The notes under the pieces were generated by a model, which ran no database searches, had not been told where the DNA came from, and saw only the letters and a program-made list of their open reading frames with translations. 64,000 bases of DNA from Macrostomum hystrix. Lineage: Eukaryota; Animalia; Platyhelminthes. Of the stretch, positions 1 to 13,199 are shown one piece after another (positions within the stretch are counted from its first letter, which is position 1; the number at the start of each line of letters is the position of its first letter). A program made the position numbers and the translations under genes. The stretch covers positions 2,170,001-2,234,000 of the forward strand of contig CATNEN010000010.1 in assembly GCA_950097015.1 (NCBI GenBank), in the 5' to 3' direction.

Positions 1-243
1 AAACTTGCGCAACTAACAATTTACGAAAGCATGGGGAAGTTCGGCGAATCCGTAAGAAGCGAATGGGTAATTCGGCAAATAGGGATTCGGTGAATAGGGG
101 GGTAAACAAACTGCTCGATCATACCCTGCCCCTCAATTTCAACTAGCTAAGAGGTGTCTGTCTGGCATGAAGGTCAAAGAGCCCCTTTTCGATCACTCTC
201 GGCCCGGTGCCAATCGTTGAGGCCTTTTGGCTCGTTGGCTTAC

Positions 244-3200
244 ATCTTTAGCGAACTGAGCCAGTGATGTCCAATGCCGCTTGTTGTCCACAGACACAAA
301 CACCTTGTCCTTCTCCTTGCCGACTGTCTGGCCTAGATCGGTAAAGAAGACTATACAGAAGCTCTGACCCTCCTCCAGCCACTTCTGCGTGATGTAGTTC
401 TGGTTCTCCGGCATGCTCAAGCCGTCGCAGACGCACAGGACGCTGAGCAGCTCCAAGTAGCGAAAATTCTATGGTTCAAAGAAAGCCAATTCTAGGAATG
501 AATTGCTGGAGGCAATAAGAAATCATGTGATGACAGTAGACCCAGAGCCAGCTAGGAGGCAACTCTGCCCATTTCGCTGAATTCTGAGCACGCACGCACA
601 CAGATACAGTAGGCAGGCACGCACAGTGTGTTCATCTGCCGTAACTTTCTCATCGTCAGGCAGTGTGCACTTTCCCTGTACCTTGGAGGCTGGCCCTCAT
701 GGGCATAAATTGCACATTAAGCCCCCAAACTTCTCTCCGCGGCTGCACCCCAAACGAATTTCGCCTCGCCGCGGAATCGGACCTTGCGAGGGACCTTCCA
801 AGGTCTCCGCGAGGGAACTCGTTTGACCGCTCAACCATTCACCCTGCCCCATAGAAATGCTAAACTCTGTGTGTCTTCTGCTCACCCGATTCTGCTTCAA
901 CAAGTCGATGATCTCGTCCACGTAGCTGTGCGGAATTCTATCCACAATTTTCCGGTTGTCCTTGATCAGCTCCATGATCATGTGGGCAGCGTTGAGGCCC
1001 ACCTCCTCCTGAAGGTTATTGCGAGCTTGCGAAGTGATTTATCAATCAATCATAGATTTTCTCAGCTTTGCATGCTTTGCATTCTACTGATGGAAGCACA
1101 GGTATCTGTGTTCAATACAGTATAAAAATTAAATTCGAAGCTGAATTCTGGAGTTTTAGCCAGACATAGTTGAGAGAAATAAGGGGCCAGCAGCAATAAA
1201 ACTTTGCTCAGTGAAAAAAATTTCAGCAAAAAGCGATGAGATTGTGCGCTGAAGTTCGTTGGAAATTCCGGTTCCGTTAATAATTGCTTTCTCGTATCTA
1301 GGAAGCAACAAGCAAACTCCATCTAGAACTGGTTCACATGTACATGTAGCACACATGTACGGGAAATTCACAAAGGGTTGCTGAGCTCGACTTACACTCA
1401 AAATGCATAGGTGAATACTTGAAGTGTGTGGAACAAAATGAAACTTGTGACAATGGAACTGGAAGCCGGTCGTAGTCCAAAAATAACTGAATTCTAGATT
1501 TTTTAATTCATTTAGATTTACGAGTATTTAAATTAGCATTAAGGAAATCTACTGGACCTTTAAGGTTTCATAACAGATATTGGCATGGTATGGCAGCACT
1601 GGGTTGAGATGACGAAGCATTTGGTTGTTTAAACAATTCGAAAAATAGAAAGCGCAAGTGCTTGGCGATCGCAAGCTGACGTGGTCCTCGCTTCAGTCTA
1701 CTTACATAGTCTGCCGATTTCTTAAAAATGGTTTCAATATTGTACGAGACCTGAATAATTGTTTCGAACTCCACATCTGCAATGTTCTCACTCGTATGTC
1801 GCTTTTTATATTGCAAAGCAATACATAGGAACATTATTACATATTAGTTTTTATGAAGCAACGAAAGTTGTGTGCCTAGTAACCATATGCGACCTTAGAA
1901 ATTACTGAATTCTGAGGCTGAACAGTAGAGGGACCACATTAGTCCAAATCCCCACTGCCTACGAGTACTTCACCATAGCTCCCAAACCGAATTAAAGAAT
2001 TTCGTGAAAATTCATCATTTAGTTCAACATTTTCCGCCCTTTGCGATACACAGACTTTCGAAGCCGTCTGACGTCAGCATCGTCGACATCGACAGCGATT
2101 CTTGTCGAAGACCCTAGTGACAAGGACAACTAACATTGCTCCGTATAAGCCTCTATGGCGAATCCGTATTGGGTGACAAGGTCAACTAACATTGCTCCGT
2201 ATAAGCCTCCATGGCGAATCCGTATTGGGTGACAAGGTCAACTAACATTGCTCCGTATAAACCCCCATGGCGAATCCGTATTGGGTGACAAGGTCAACTA
2301 ACATTGCTCCGTATAAGCCTCCATGGCGAATCCGTATTGGGTGACAAGGACAACTAACATTGCTCCGTATAAACCCCCATGGCGAATCCGTATTGGGTGA
2401 CAAGGTCAACTAACATTGCTCCGTATAAGCCTCCATGGCGAATCCGTATTGGGTGACAAGGACAACTAACATTGCTCCGTATAAGCCTCCATGGCGAATC
2501 CGTATTGGGTGACAAGGACAACTAACATTGCTCCGTATAAACCCCCATGGCGAATCCGTATTGGGTGACAAGGACAACTAACATTGCTCCGTATAAGCCT
2601 CCATGGCGAATCCGTATTGGGTGACAAGGTCAACTAACATTGCTCCGTATAAACCTCTATGGCGAATCCGTATTGGGTGACAAGGACAACTAACATTGCT
2701 CCGTATAAACCTCTATGGCGAATCCGTATTGGGTGACAAGGACAACTAACATTGCTCCGTATAAACCTCTATGGCGAATCCGTATTGGGTGACAAGGACA
2801 ACTAACATTGCTCCGTATAAGCCTCCATGGCGAATCCGTATTGGGTGACAAGGTCAACTAACATTGCTCCGTATAAGCCTGCCTGGCGAATCCGTATTGG
2901 TTTAATACGCTCGTAAAAAAACAAAGAATAAAATCAATACAATAGAATCAACAATAATTATCGACATGGTTACATGATTACATTTTGTGAGCAGAAAACT
3001 TAGGCCTATATTTGCCACCAGACCCCAGACGAGAATCGTTAAATATATTCTGGAAGTTTTTTCACCGTAAAGAGCGGAAAATTTCATGGCGACTGGTTGA
3101 ATAGTTAAAAAATCTCGAAAAACGAAAAAATTTAGGTTTTACATACGAACTCACGACGAACTCACCTCGAGCATAACTTGACTACGAAAGAAGTCGATGT

Positions 3201-6200
3201 GCTTGGCGATGTACAGCTCATTCTTCCTGCTGTCGCCCATCAGGTAGGTGTACAGGACCTCGTAGCACTCAACGAAAATCTTCACCAGGTACTGCTGGTC
3301 GGGTCCGCCTCGAAACGGCGTCTGCAGCAGCCGCACCAGCAGCTCCACGATCTGCGAGTTCAGTGTGGGAATAGCGTGCTTTGGCGGCTCTCTGTCGTCA
3401 ACTGAGTATTCACCTGAAAGTTCAGCGCTCACCCGCAGGTTCCGGAGCAGCTTCTGGCGCTTCTTCACCGGCTCGCTGTTGACGATCATGAACTCGCGCA
3501 GCTCCCTCAGCGCGCTGACGATGGTGTGGCAGCGGTAGGCGTTCAGGGTGGACGTGCCTCCGTGCTTGCGCTGCGGGCAGTCATGGCGCAAGTTCTGGTG
3601 CCTGGCCTCATAAAGTTGCATCATTTTTATTGACACAAAATGATAGGAAATGAATAAGAAAATGAATTTTAACATAATGCAGCAAGAATTCAGATAGAAA
3701 AGAAATTAGCCCGGTTGAATAACATGTATAGCACGGGGCTTCCGAAAGCTGTGTACAGCTGTTCAGTCCATGGACTCAGAAGGCCGCCTCTCAACCCCAG
3801 CTACTTCAGGTACATATCAGGAAGCTAAGTACTCTTCCTACTCGTAGCTAGCATATTTTTAAAGTAATAAAAGTCAGAAGCTTAGAGACCACTATATGAC
3901 TTCTGTGTATACTGCATACATTTTCAAGCATGAAAACAGCATAAATGTGGGTTCGCTACGGTTTTAAATGTTGTGTAAACTTTTTCATTTGTTAATTTGA
4001 CAAGCTCAGCTGTGCTCACCGGTTTAAATGTTGTACGAACTTTTCTTTACAAAATTTTCAAAAGTTTTGTACAATGTTCTACAAAAATAATAGATTTCCT
4101 CACAGATTTATTTGAATTACCTGTTCGATAATCACATTGACTCGCGATATAGGCAACAAGTTATAGTATGTGAGTATGATATTGAGTTGAAATAATAAAA
4201 TGAGAACGAAGGATGACAAGCGAGCAGAATGGCTGAAGAAGAACACTGTTGGCTAGATTTTGAACTGGTTTGGTCTTCTGTTCGAAGTCGTCTCTGCAGC
4301 CTCTTCAATTTGTTAGTTAGTTTAGTTTTGGTTCAACTAGTTTAGTGTTGAGCTAACTCGTACAAATCAGTTGTGCGTGCGAATTCACAATGATCTGCAA
4401 AGCTTTGCATTACCTCAGCAGCTCCACTCCAAGCGGCTGCGCTAAACGTCTCTCCGCGCAACTAAAATGTGTCAGGGATGAAAATCGAGGGTTGCTCTCT
4501 GCCGTCTGAAATCACCAAGGAGGCCACTCATGGCGCCGAGTCACGGCACGGGCCGATACTGTACTGTACTAGTACCGTACTAGTACTGCGGCTCATCTGC
4601 ACTTCCGCAATTATAGTACTGGTTACTCCACACTGAGCTCTGAGAGAGTTCTACATGCATTGCGGCACAAAATCGAGATACAACTTCAGAGTCAATCTGC
4701 GACTCTGGAGTCTTTTAAACAAACTGAAAATCCCCCCTTACCTCCTGGCAGAGCTTCTGGATGAACGGTACGCAGCCAGCCGCATAATTGAATATCTTCA
4801 CCAGATCCTCCTCCACCGAGTAGATGGTGAAGGCATCGTCGAACTGCATCTCCGTCACAATTTCCACCTGCCGAATTTCGAGGAAAATAATGAAGCATGC
4901 ACTGGATCCCCGATCCTGATCCCCGATCCTGATCCCCGATCCTGATCCCCGATCCTGATCCCCGATCCTGATCCCCGATCCTGATCCCCGATCCTGATCC
5001 CCGATCCTGATCCCCGATCCTGATCCCCGATCCTGATCCCCGATCCTGATCCCCGATCCTGATCCCCGATCCTGATCCCCGATCCTGATCCCCGATCCTG
5101 ATCCCCGATCCTGATCCCCGATCCTGATCCCCGATCCTGATCCCCGATCCTGATCCCCGATCCTGATCCCCGATCCTGATCCCCGATCCTGATCCCCGAT
5201 CCTGATCCCCGATCCTGATCCCCGATCCTGATCCCCGATCCTGATCCCCGATCCTGATCCCCGATCCTGATCCCCGATCCTGATCCCCGATCCTGATCCC
5301 CGATCCTGATCCCCGATCCTGATCCCTGATCCTGATACCCGATCCTGATCCCCGATCCTGATCCCCGATCCTGATCCCCGATCCTGATTCCCGATCCTGA
5401 TCCCCGATCCTGATCCCCGATCCTGATCCCCGATCCTGATCCCCGATCCTGATCCCTGATTATACAATCATACAGATGAACTGCACAATGGAAAGCAGAC
5501 CTTCTTCAGAGGTGCCTGAGACCACACCAGACCAGCCATTGAGTTTGGACTGTTGGCATCTTCTCGTTGAGTCTTACGAGAGTAGTCCTCTGAAATTTGT
5601 GGATTTCACATGGTAATTCAGTATGAATTCACGTGCTAGAATGTGGACCAAAGCCGCCAGTGTGATCACGCCCATCTCACCCTTGCTGCCGTGAAGCCAA
5701 TTGCCGGAGACCACATGTTCGATTCGGCAATAGGTCGTGTCCTCGATCTCGTCTCTTTCCTGTGATGCAAGATTTATGCACTTACAAATGCGAGCATAAT
5801 ATATAATCATAAAAAATCTATTTATTGCCTGACCTCTCGTTTGCATCCGAGAGGTCAGGCAATAAACGAGAATCAAGACAGAATCAGACGCAAGCAAAAT
5901 TTGAATCAGCTGACATTTGCTTTCATTCAAACTGGCTGAAACTTTAATAAGTAGCCCCCGTTTCAACGAGGGACACTCTCTGCTCCGAAAGACTTACGCT
6001 GTAGTTGATTCTAACGTTCGTCTCCAGGTTCACCATCTTTATAAGGAATAGAAAGGGCGTTTCTTATGTGTACGCATGGTTCACAGTCCCGTCTCTCTGA
6101 CAGCCCTCTCTGTCATGGTAATAACTGCTGATGCACCCACAAGGAGCATTAGAGACACCACCAGAAGTTGCAGAATTGAATTTAAATACAATTATTCGAA

Positions 6201-8994
6201 TCTGCAGAAGCTGGTTGCTAGTCATTTATTTGTGACTCACTCTGAGCACTGGGTGCAGCCGGAACACGGCCCTGGCGTCCGTGCGGTCCTCCGTCAGCGC
6301 CAGTCGGCCGTCCTTGTCGATCACGAGGAACTTCCTGGTGCACATGTGCCGGATGCGCACCTGCTGCTCCCACTTGATGATGTCGCCGCTCACGCAGCCC
6401 TCGAAGAACTCGAGCTGCCAGTAGCAGATGGCGGAGGTCGGCGGGAACATGGTCTTCGGCTTGGTCTGCTCCACCGCACGCACCCGCAGGTGAACGTCCT
6501 CGACTTCGGGCTCGTTGAAAGTGCCCTCGCACACCAGGTAGGCCTCCAGCTCGGTGTGGAAGAACCTGACCGGCTGGCCCGCTCTGATCTTGTTGGCTTC
6601 GTCCTCGGTCTCGTGGAAGCGCCTGATCAGTGTGAAGCCGCTGAACCTGACGGACAGGTTGAGCTCGTACGAGTCCGCGTACACCGGCACGTGGCTCTCG
6701 AACTTGTGCCGACTGACGTGCAGGAACTGGCCGGGGCTCTTCACGCTCTCCAGCACCACCTGGTCCTCGATCTGCACCAGGTCGCCCTCGCCCTTCACCT
6801 TGAACCGCGGCATCACGCGGAACAGGGCGAAGGCGGCGTTGTCGCCACTCAGAGTGACCTGCATGTTGCTGCTCTCTGTCGGCGACGTGTTCTGCGTGCT
6901 GATATGCACAAACTTGCCCGAGAAGACATGCTGCAGCTGGACCACCTGGCCGTACAGCACCTTCTTTCCCTTCTGGCGACGCTGCTCAACGGCGTTGTCC
7001 TCTTCCTCCGCCGCTGCCGCGATCTGTTGGTGTGTTTTCGAGAAGCGTTCAGTCAAGACTGCTGTGTCATGCATCACTCATAGCAATGGCAAAGAAGATC
7101 CATCTCGCAAGTAAAGGATTCGTTTAAAGGGAAACAATTTACCTTGGCCTGGGTCAGCTGGGCCATCTGGGCCACGTTGCTTGTGTCCGGGTGAGCGGCG
7201 GCCAGCTTTCTGTAGGCCTTCTGCAGCTTGTACCGGTTTGCTGAGCAGATGCGGAAGGAGAGAACTGAAATTTACCAGGATTTTTCCTTTTACAGACGCT
7301 GCAATGGTCCCGCAGAATATTATTAGAATAATATTATTAGAATATAATCATCATCATCATCAAGAGCCCAGCCAGCCCCTCAAACATTCTTGGTATCAAC
7401 ACCACCAAGCTTGATAACTTGCCTTGAGCATCCGGGCATCGGGGTTGCACTCGGTCCTCCTTACTGTTGACCGCCAAAAATGAATGCGAAGAGCTGCAAG
7501 GGAATCGACAGTATCGGATGATTTGAGGATTAATCTTGTTTAGGGATTTATTGGCCTATTAAGAAACCCTGCAGCCTCGTTTGAGATTCTGCACATAAGG
7601 TGCAGGGTATCAGAATTCGTATCGGATAGATGGTTGCTTGTTAATTTTTCGAGTGACTGCTTATTTCCGGTACTCTGCAACCCTATTCAGCAACTATTTT
7701 TCTCCTATAGAAAGTACAAGAACGAAGTAAGAATGTGCATCTTTGCTGTCCGATCGATGAACTGATTGCGAGGTCATTGTTTTGTGTCTCACATCATGCG
7801 CAGAGGCAGTGAGCAATAATGCCAGATCAGCATTGAGCTCATTCATTTTTCAGTCTACTAATGTTTTGTCACACGCAACTTCCAACAATCTGTTTGCCAG
7901 CCGGTCAGCGCTCAGAGGTCAACTGGAGAGCTGCAGAGACATTCCAGAATAAAGTGGGCGTCCCTCTCTGCCTTCGTATGATAAGAACTGCGAGCTCAGC
8001 CAAATGTACAGCCGGCGCCTTCAAAAATGCCCTGAGAAACTCTGAATGACTTGGCAGAGATAGTGCTTGGACTGCTTCTCAGCTGAGCACACAGCTGGCT
8101 TGTGGCTAGATAGGCCCGACTGCACAGTCCGCAGGCGTTGGCATAGCAACGCGAGCTTTGGGTCAAGCATTTTGGAGCCAGTGCTTTGACACAAGACCAA
8201 GCTGTTGTCTTTCTCTTTATTCCTCTGTTACAGGTCATTACGCTGCATTGGCGATATTTAATAACTAATAATTAATAATTAATTACTATTATAATAGTTG
8301 AATGAGGGCTGTGGACACTGGCAAATCCTTTGGTGACAGTAGAACCGCAGCAAGCGAGAGTCGGTACTGCCTATTCCACTAATTCCTGAGCACACATGCA
8401 CGCGGATACCGCACGCAGACGCACTCACAAAGGTGTGTACATCTGCCTGAATTCTTCTTTGTCAGGCAGCGCACACTTTCACTGTGCCTTGGGGGTTGGC
8501 CCTTAACATACCTGCAGGTACGTAAAATGCACTGACAAGCCCCCAAGCCTTCTCTCCGTACCTGCAGCTGCAAATGAACATGGAATGGCCGCGGGACAAG
8601 CTCAGGGACTTTTGTCCGAGAGGCAAGCGCATTAGCTGCTCTGTTTTTACCTACTGAATCAATTCGCACGTGATGCTTAACTCTTCTGTTGAAATCCTTA
8701 CTAAAACTATCCAAAGGGTCATTAGGTCATTAGATCATTAGGTCATTAGATCATTAGGTCATTAGGTCATTAGATCATTAGGTCATTAGGTCATTAGATC
8801 ATTAGGTCATTAGGTCATTAGGTCATTAGGTCATTAGATCATTAGGTCATTCAAGCCAAGAGGCCCCAAGTGGACACTCTGACACTCTCGTCACCTCACC
8901 TGGACTGCATGGCGAAGACGTAGCCCAGAACATCGTCTGAGAACAGAGCGATGGTGTCGCCAATACACAGGACGTCCTCTGCGGCAGCCGCCAT
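244..8994 (-). CDS. ITPR: IP3-receptor-like Ca2+ channel, N-terminal ~679 aa (suppressor domain, MIR/beta-trefoil, RIH); gene continues off the left edge. Coding exons in transcript order: 8994-8900, 7493-7423, 7264-7143, 7023-6241, 5759-5681, 5589-5501, 4867-4742, 3570-3433, 3351-3166, 1008-886, 468-244
   Basis: Manual splicing keeps phase across all 11 exons (one GC donor). The translation contains IP3R-family motifs: LCIGDTIALFSD, FRICSANRYKLQK, YGQVVQLQHVFSGKFVH, KRQKLLR, SRKNELYIAK, ELIKDNRKIVDRI, YLELLSVLCVCDG, NQNYIT. Confidence 0.9.
498..850 (-). mobile_element. tRNA-derived SINE, family A, copy 1 (fills most of ITPR intron 469-885)
   Basis: Homologous along its length to 8258-8655, 16870-17200 and, reverse-complemented, to 19222-19566 (shared gtcaggcagtgtgcactt, gtagacccgcagccagc, gccgcggaatcg). 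Confidence 0.75.
2116..2900. repeat. 56-bp intronic minisatellite, ~14 copies
   Basis: Unit gtgacaaggtcaactaacattgctccgtataagcctccatggcgaatccgtattgg recurs every 56 bp with point variants and no spacers. Confidence 0.97.
4907..5460. repeat. 13-bp tandem repeat (gatccccgatcct), ~42 copies, intronic
   Basis: Direct reading; nearly homogeneous array inside ITPR intron 4868-5500. Confidence 0.97.
8258..8655 (-). mobile_element. SINE family A, copy 2 (older, more diverged) with (TAA)n tail
   Basis: ggtgacagtagaaccgcagcaagcgag, gtcaggcagcgcacactttcactgtgccttgg and gagctcagggac-like segments match the other copies; AT-rich tail at 8258-8298. Confidence 0.65.
8717..8850. repeat. 8-bp tandem repeat (g/a)tcattag, ~16 copies
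   Basis: Direct reading; intron after the first coding exon of ITPR. Confidence 0.95.
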
Positions 8995-10286
8995 GTTCAC
9001 CTGCGCACCGCTTCAGGCCAAGCTGCTAAGCTTTCTCTGACGCCTTGATACGGCTGGAATTTGTTCAAATTAGCAGAGAAGTGCTCAAATTATGAAGCCC
9101 CGGCTTCAAGCAGTCGGTAGCTATGGAAGTGTGACGCTGTACAGCTGAGTGAGGTGTACTGGGACAATGGAAGAACTGGATGGGATTATTGGGGATGTGT
9201 GATGTGGGAGGCAGAAAGATTTAGGGTCAGAAGCTTCTCTACGAGTCTTCCCCACTCAGTGCGGCAAGGCAAGGATTTTCTCGCATAGCAACTGGGAGCC
9301 AGGGAGAGTTTTGGGGGAGGTCTCGCAGCAGGCGGTGCGGCTGAAAAACGTCCGAAATTGTGGCTGAGGAGGGGCACGCGAGATAGAGGGGGCTGCCACT
9401 CATTGGTTGGCCCACGGGACCCGCTCTGTCTGTACTTTTGAGGGTGACAGAACAGGGCCCGGGGCGGCAGCAGAGATAGGTGAACGAAAAGTAATTGAGG
9501 TGTGCCGTAGGGCTCACTCACCTGCCAAGCATTCTGTCTCGCGCACAACATTGGAATGCGACCTCTGCCTCATCGGTTCCCGTCCTCTGCATCCCTTTGT
9601 TTCCCACCGTCGTAGCTGCGGCTCGTGGAGGCAATGGAATAGTTCTCCCCTCTCTAAGTCTATGGAGTGCTCCTGCACCCCAAGCCCGCAGTGCTCAGTC
9701 GCCAGAGCAACAGCATTCCTCTCTCTGACGCTTTTGTCTGCTGCCGCTCCGACCATGCGATCCGCGCAGTCTGTCCTGGTGCTGCTGAACTTCTCTAGTG
9801 CTTGACAGCGCGGTTCATTAGCATGAAAGTCCGTCAAATTTTTACGAGAAGTACTGGCAGAACTTCGTCGATCCCCCAGCAGCCTTGTGTGCTTCTGTAA
9901 ATAGGAACACGAAGCCTCAGTACCTCGTCCAGCTCTTTCCTTAGTTTTGTATGACAGAATTAAATGCAGATTGCAGTCCATTTACTCTGCAATGAGAAAT
10001 GTCTCAAATCCTTGCAAATGATACTTAAATCATCGGACTACTAACATTTCTGCTACTTAGTTTCGCTAAAAGCAAGACAGCTTTAGAAATGAAACTAGTG
10101 TATTCTACTTAATTAATATTTCATACGCTCGTACATCTTAAATCCATCTTTTTTTAACAACGAACTATCCCCGAGTTTTGGCGAAGAACAATAACGTTTC
10201 GAAATCAGGGGACAAAGAAAATACTAAATATATTCACACTATGCTCGTATAAGGGCTTAGCAGGCTAGTCTTAAAGTGCAGTTAGT

Positions 10287-11010
10287 CTCTGTTTTGAGCT
10301 GGTCTCTGTGTTGAGCTCGTCTCTGTGTTGAGCTGGTCTCTGTGTTGAGCTCGTCTCTGTGTTGAGCTGGTCTCTGTGTTGAGCTGGTCTCTGTTTTGAG
10401 CTGGTCTCTGTGTTGAGCTGGTCTCTGTGTTGAGCTGGTGTCTGCTTTGAGCTGGTGTCTGTGTTGAGCTGGTCTCTGTGTTGAGCTGGTCTCTGTGTTG
10501 AGCTGGTCTCTGTGTTGAGCTGGTCTCTGTGTTGAGCTGGTCTCTGTGTTGAGCTGGTCTCTGTGTTGAGCTGGTCTCTTTGTTGAACTGGTCTCTCTGT
10601 TGTGCGGGTCTCTATGTTGAGCTGGTCTCTGTGTTGAGCTGTTCTCTGTGTTGAGCTGGTCTTTGTTTTGAGCTGGTCTCTGTGTTGAGCTGCTCTCTGT
10701 GTTGAGCTGGTCTCTGTGTTGAGTTGGTCTCCGTGTTGAGCTGTTCTCTGTGTTGAGCTGGTGTCTGTGCTGAGCTGTTCTGTGTGTTGAACTGGTCTCT
10801 CTGTTGTGCGGGTCTCTGTGTTGAGCTGGTCTCCGTGTTCTCTGTGTTGAGCTGGTGTCTGCTTTGAGCTGGTGTCTGTGTTGAGCTGGTCTCTGTGTTG
10901 AGCTGGTCTCTGTGTTGAGCTGGTCTCTGTGTTGAGCTGTTCTCTGTGTTGAGCTGGTCTCTGTTGAACTGGTGTCTGTGTCTGGACTGGTCTCTGGTTT
11001 TAGTTGGTCT
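10287..11010. repeat. 17-bp minisatellite (gagctggtctctgtgtt), ~40 copies, between divergent ITPR and IQUB
   Basis: Direct reading; point variants and a few deleted units. Confidence 0.95.
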
Positions 11011-13199
11011 CCAAGATTAGCGTGGCTTGACTTAAATGCTACATTATTTTACTACATTGGATATTATACTACAACAATAAAATAATAAGCCTATCATTGT
11101 CTATCCCTGGTAATTTTTCCTATCACTGTTTGTCGCCACATGAGGATATATCTTTGTGGCTACAAAGAAGCGACGAAGGCTGTTTTCAGGATTACTTTGA
11201 AATTCGTATTTGAGTCAAAGCGAAAGCTACAAAAGCTGGTACTCGTACAGCAATAACAAATTTTATCTTTCTTTTATTAAAGTAAAAGTTGGTTTTCTGA
11301 GTTAAATTATACTTTTCAAAGACACTGTCGTTATAAGGCTACTACATTCAGAATTTTATATATTTGTAAATCTCCATATAATAAGTCTCTAAGACTAGTC
11401 TATATTAAATATACGAGTTTAATTAGTAAAAAAGTGGTGAAAAGGTGCCCATGTAGACTGCTAGTTAGCTTTTTAGTGTTTGCCACAAGTTTACAAAGCA
11501 GTAACTCAGCCTTTAAACCAAAATAGTTATGACGATTCACTTAGATTTTGTTTTGCTGAGCGAATAGTTGATTCCTTCACTCTAGACAAACGTATTTAAC
11601 TACAATGAAGTGCAAACTAAACAAAAAATAGCAGTGCCACAACTGCCAGGAAATTCACCACACAAAGTATTTACTCTTTACTTCATAACTTACGCAAGTA
11701 AATTATGTGGGAGTGACGCTCCCTTAAAGTAGAGCACTTTTAGATCATTGTTTCATAAAATATCACGAGTTTGTTTAATGCAAATCTAAAAGTTAAACAA
11801 TTATTGTTATCTTAAAGCCTAAAAACAAAATATAAAACTGCAAGCAATAACTCAGGAAAAATAAAAATAATCGTTTAGTACTTCTATTCCTTCTTGTACT
11901 TAAGTATTGTGTAGGTTTGTGTGCGTTTCTCTGAGAAACTAAGTTTAATGAAAATTCGAATTCTCATTCGACGCAGATTTTTTCTTCATGTCTCGTCACT
12001 GTCGAAAAACCAGTCTTTAGTTTATGTTGGATTACGCCACCGCTTATAGTAAACTTGTCTTAACTGTTGTACGTAAAAGAAAAGCGGAATATTTATTTGT
12101 CTTTCTAGTATTTAGAGTTTACTCTTCTTTACTCTTCTGGTTTTGGATGTCGATAGTTATTATATTAGACTACACAACTCAACTTATGTATCGTAATTAA
12201 TGAATAGAAAATAAGATATAATTATAATTTGTGTATTAAAAATATTTGTTCTTCATTTTTTGTCTAAATCTAACATTGCTTTTATATAATTCAGTTAACT
12301 GAATAATCTAAGTAAGTGATCTTAGTTAGAATAAAGCTGATGTCTTGGGATGTGATATCGCAACAACTGTCCGACGTGTAGCTATGCCCATTTAGAGCTC
12401 GAATTTGTTGCTACAGAGAAACCACAAAATATCTCTATCGTTAAGATATTGATCTGTTTGGTTCTGTTTCACCAGAAAAGTCATATCTAATTATTTTTAT
12501 TACAAACAATAATGAATCTATACCTATGTTTAAAACTTTTATTTCAGTTTTAAGTTTTAGTTTTAGCTATAAGACAGCATTTACAGTTCAAAATATTTTC
12601 ATGTTATTGTTTTGAGCAAACTAGACAAATGTGACAATATTTCTACATTTATTTTATAGGTTCTTTTAAAGTCATTAATATCCTCCACTGTGTCATATTT
12701 ATTTAAATAGCTTAATTTAAACAAGACGCAATATTTTTAGTCATTTGTTTTTACTTGCATCAAAATACTAAAAAGGCAGTTTTAGAAGCTATCAAATTAG
12801 TTCTCGTTTTAAGGTCATGCTTTTTTAAATTAAACTTCCTGTAACATACAAATATACGAAATATACTGGTGAAAATTTGTATTGTTGCAATCCCAAGCTG
12901 AAAAAAACCACTAGGATGCTGCAAAAATATATAGGATATACTTCATCCTAGCATATGACTACTGATTATAGGACTTCGTATGTTAAGTTCTATCATTTTA
13001 AAGCCCAAAAGGAAATTGTCATTAGGTTTAAATTTTGATGGGAAAGTCCAATACACGAGCGTAAAATATATTAAAATTATATTAGTAAATACTCATTTGA
13101 TCAAATGGCGAAGTTGTAGCTTTTTATAATAGCTCATTCAGAACAAAACAGCTGCCTGTCTTTAGTTCTTTAACCGATGTTAAACATTTCAGATTGACC

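Noticed and set aside
2116-2900. CRISPR-like appearance of the 56-bp array (also the 34-bp and 43-bp arrays)
   Set aside because: Head-to-tail units with no unique spacers, no cas genes, and a eukaryotic intron/UTR context.
4414-4505. Possible cassette exon in ITPR (AG/GT bounded)
   Set aside because: 92 nt would shift the frame; flanking exons already join into family-like sequence.
4715-5467. 250-aa ORF with GSGSGIRIGDQDR repeats as a repeat protein
   Set aside because: Translation of a 13-bp intronic array; only the last ~42 codons are a real exon.
9514-9981. 155-aa ORF upstream of ITPR as an N-terminal extension or separate gene
   Set aside because: No recognisable homology; its donor at ~9521 would join out of frame with the ITPR ATG. 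More likely 5'UTR.
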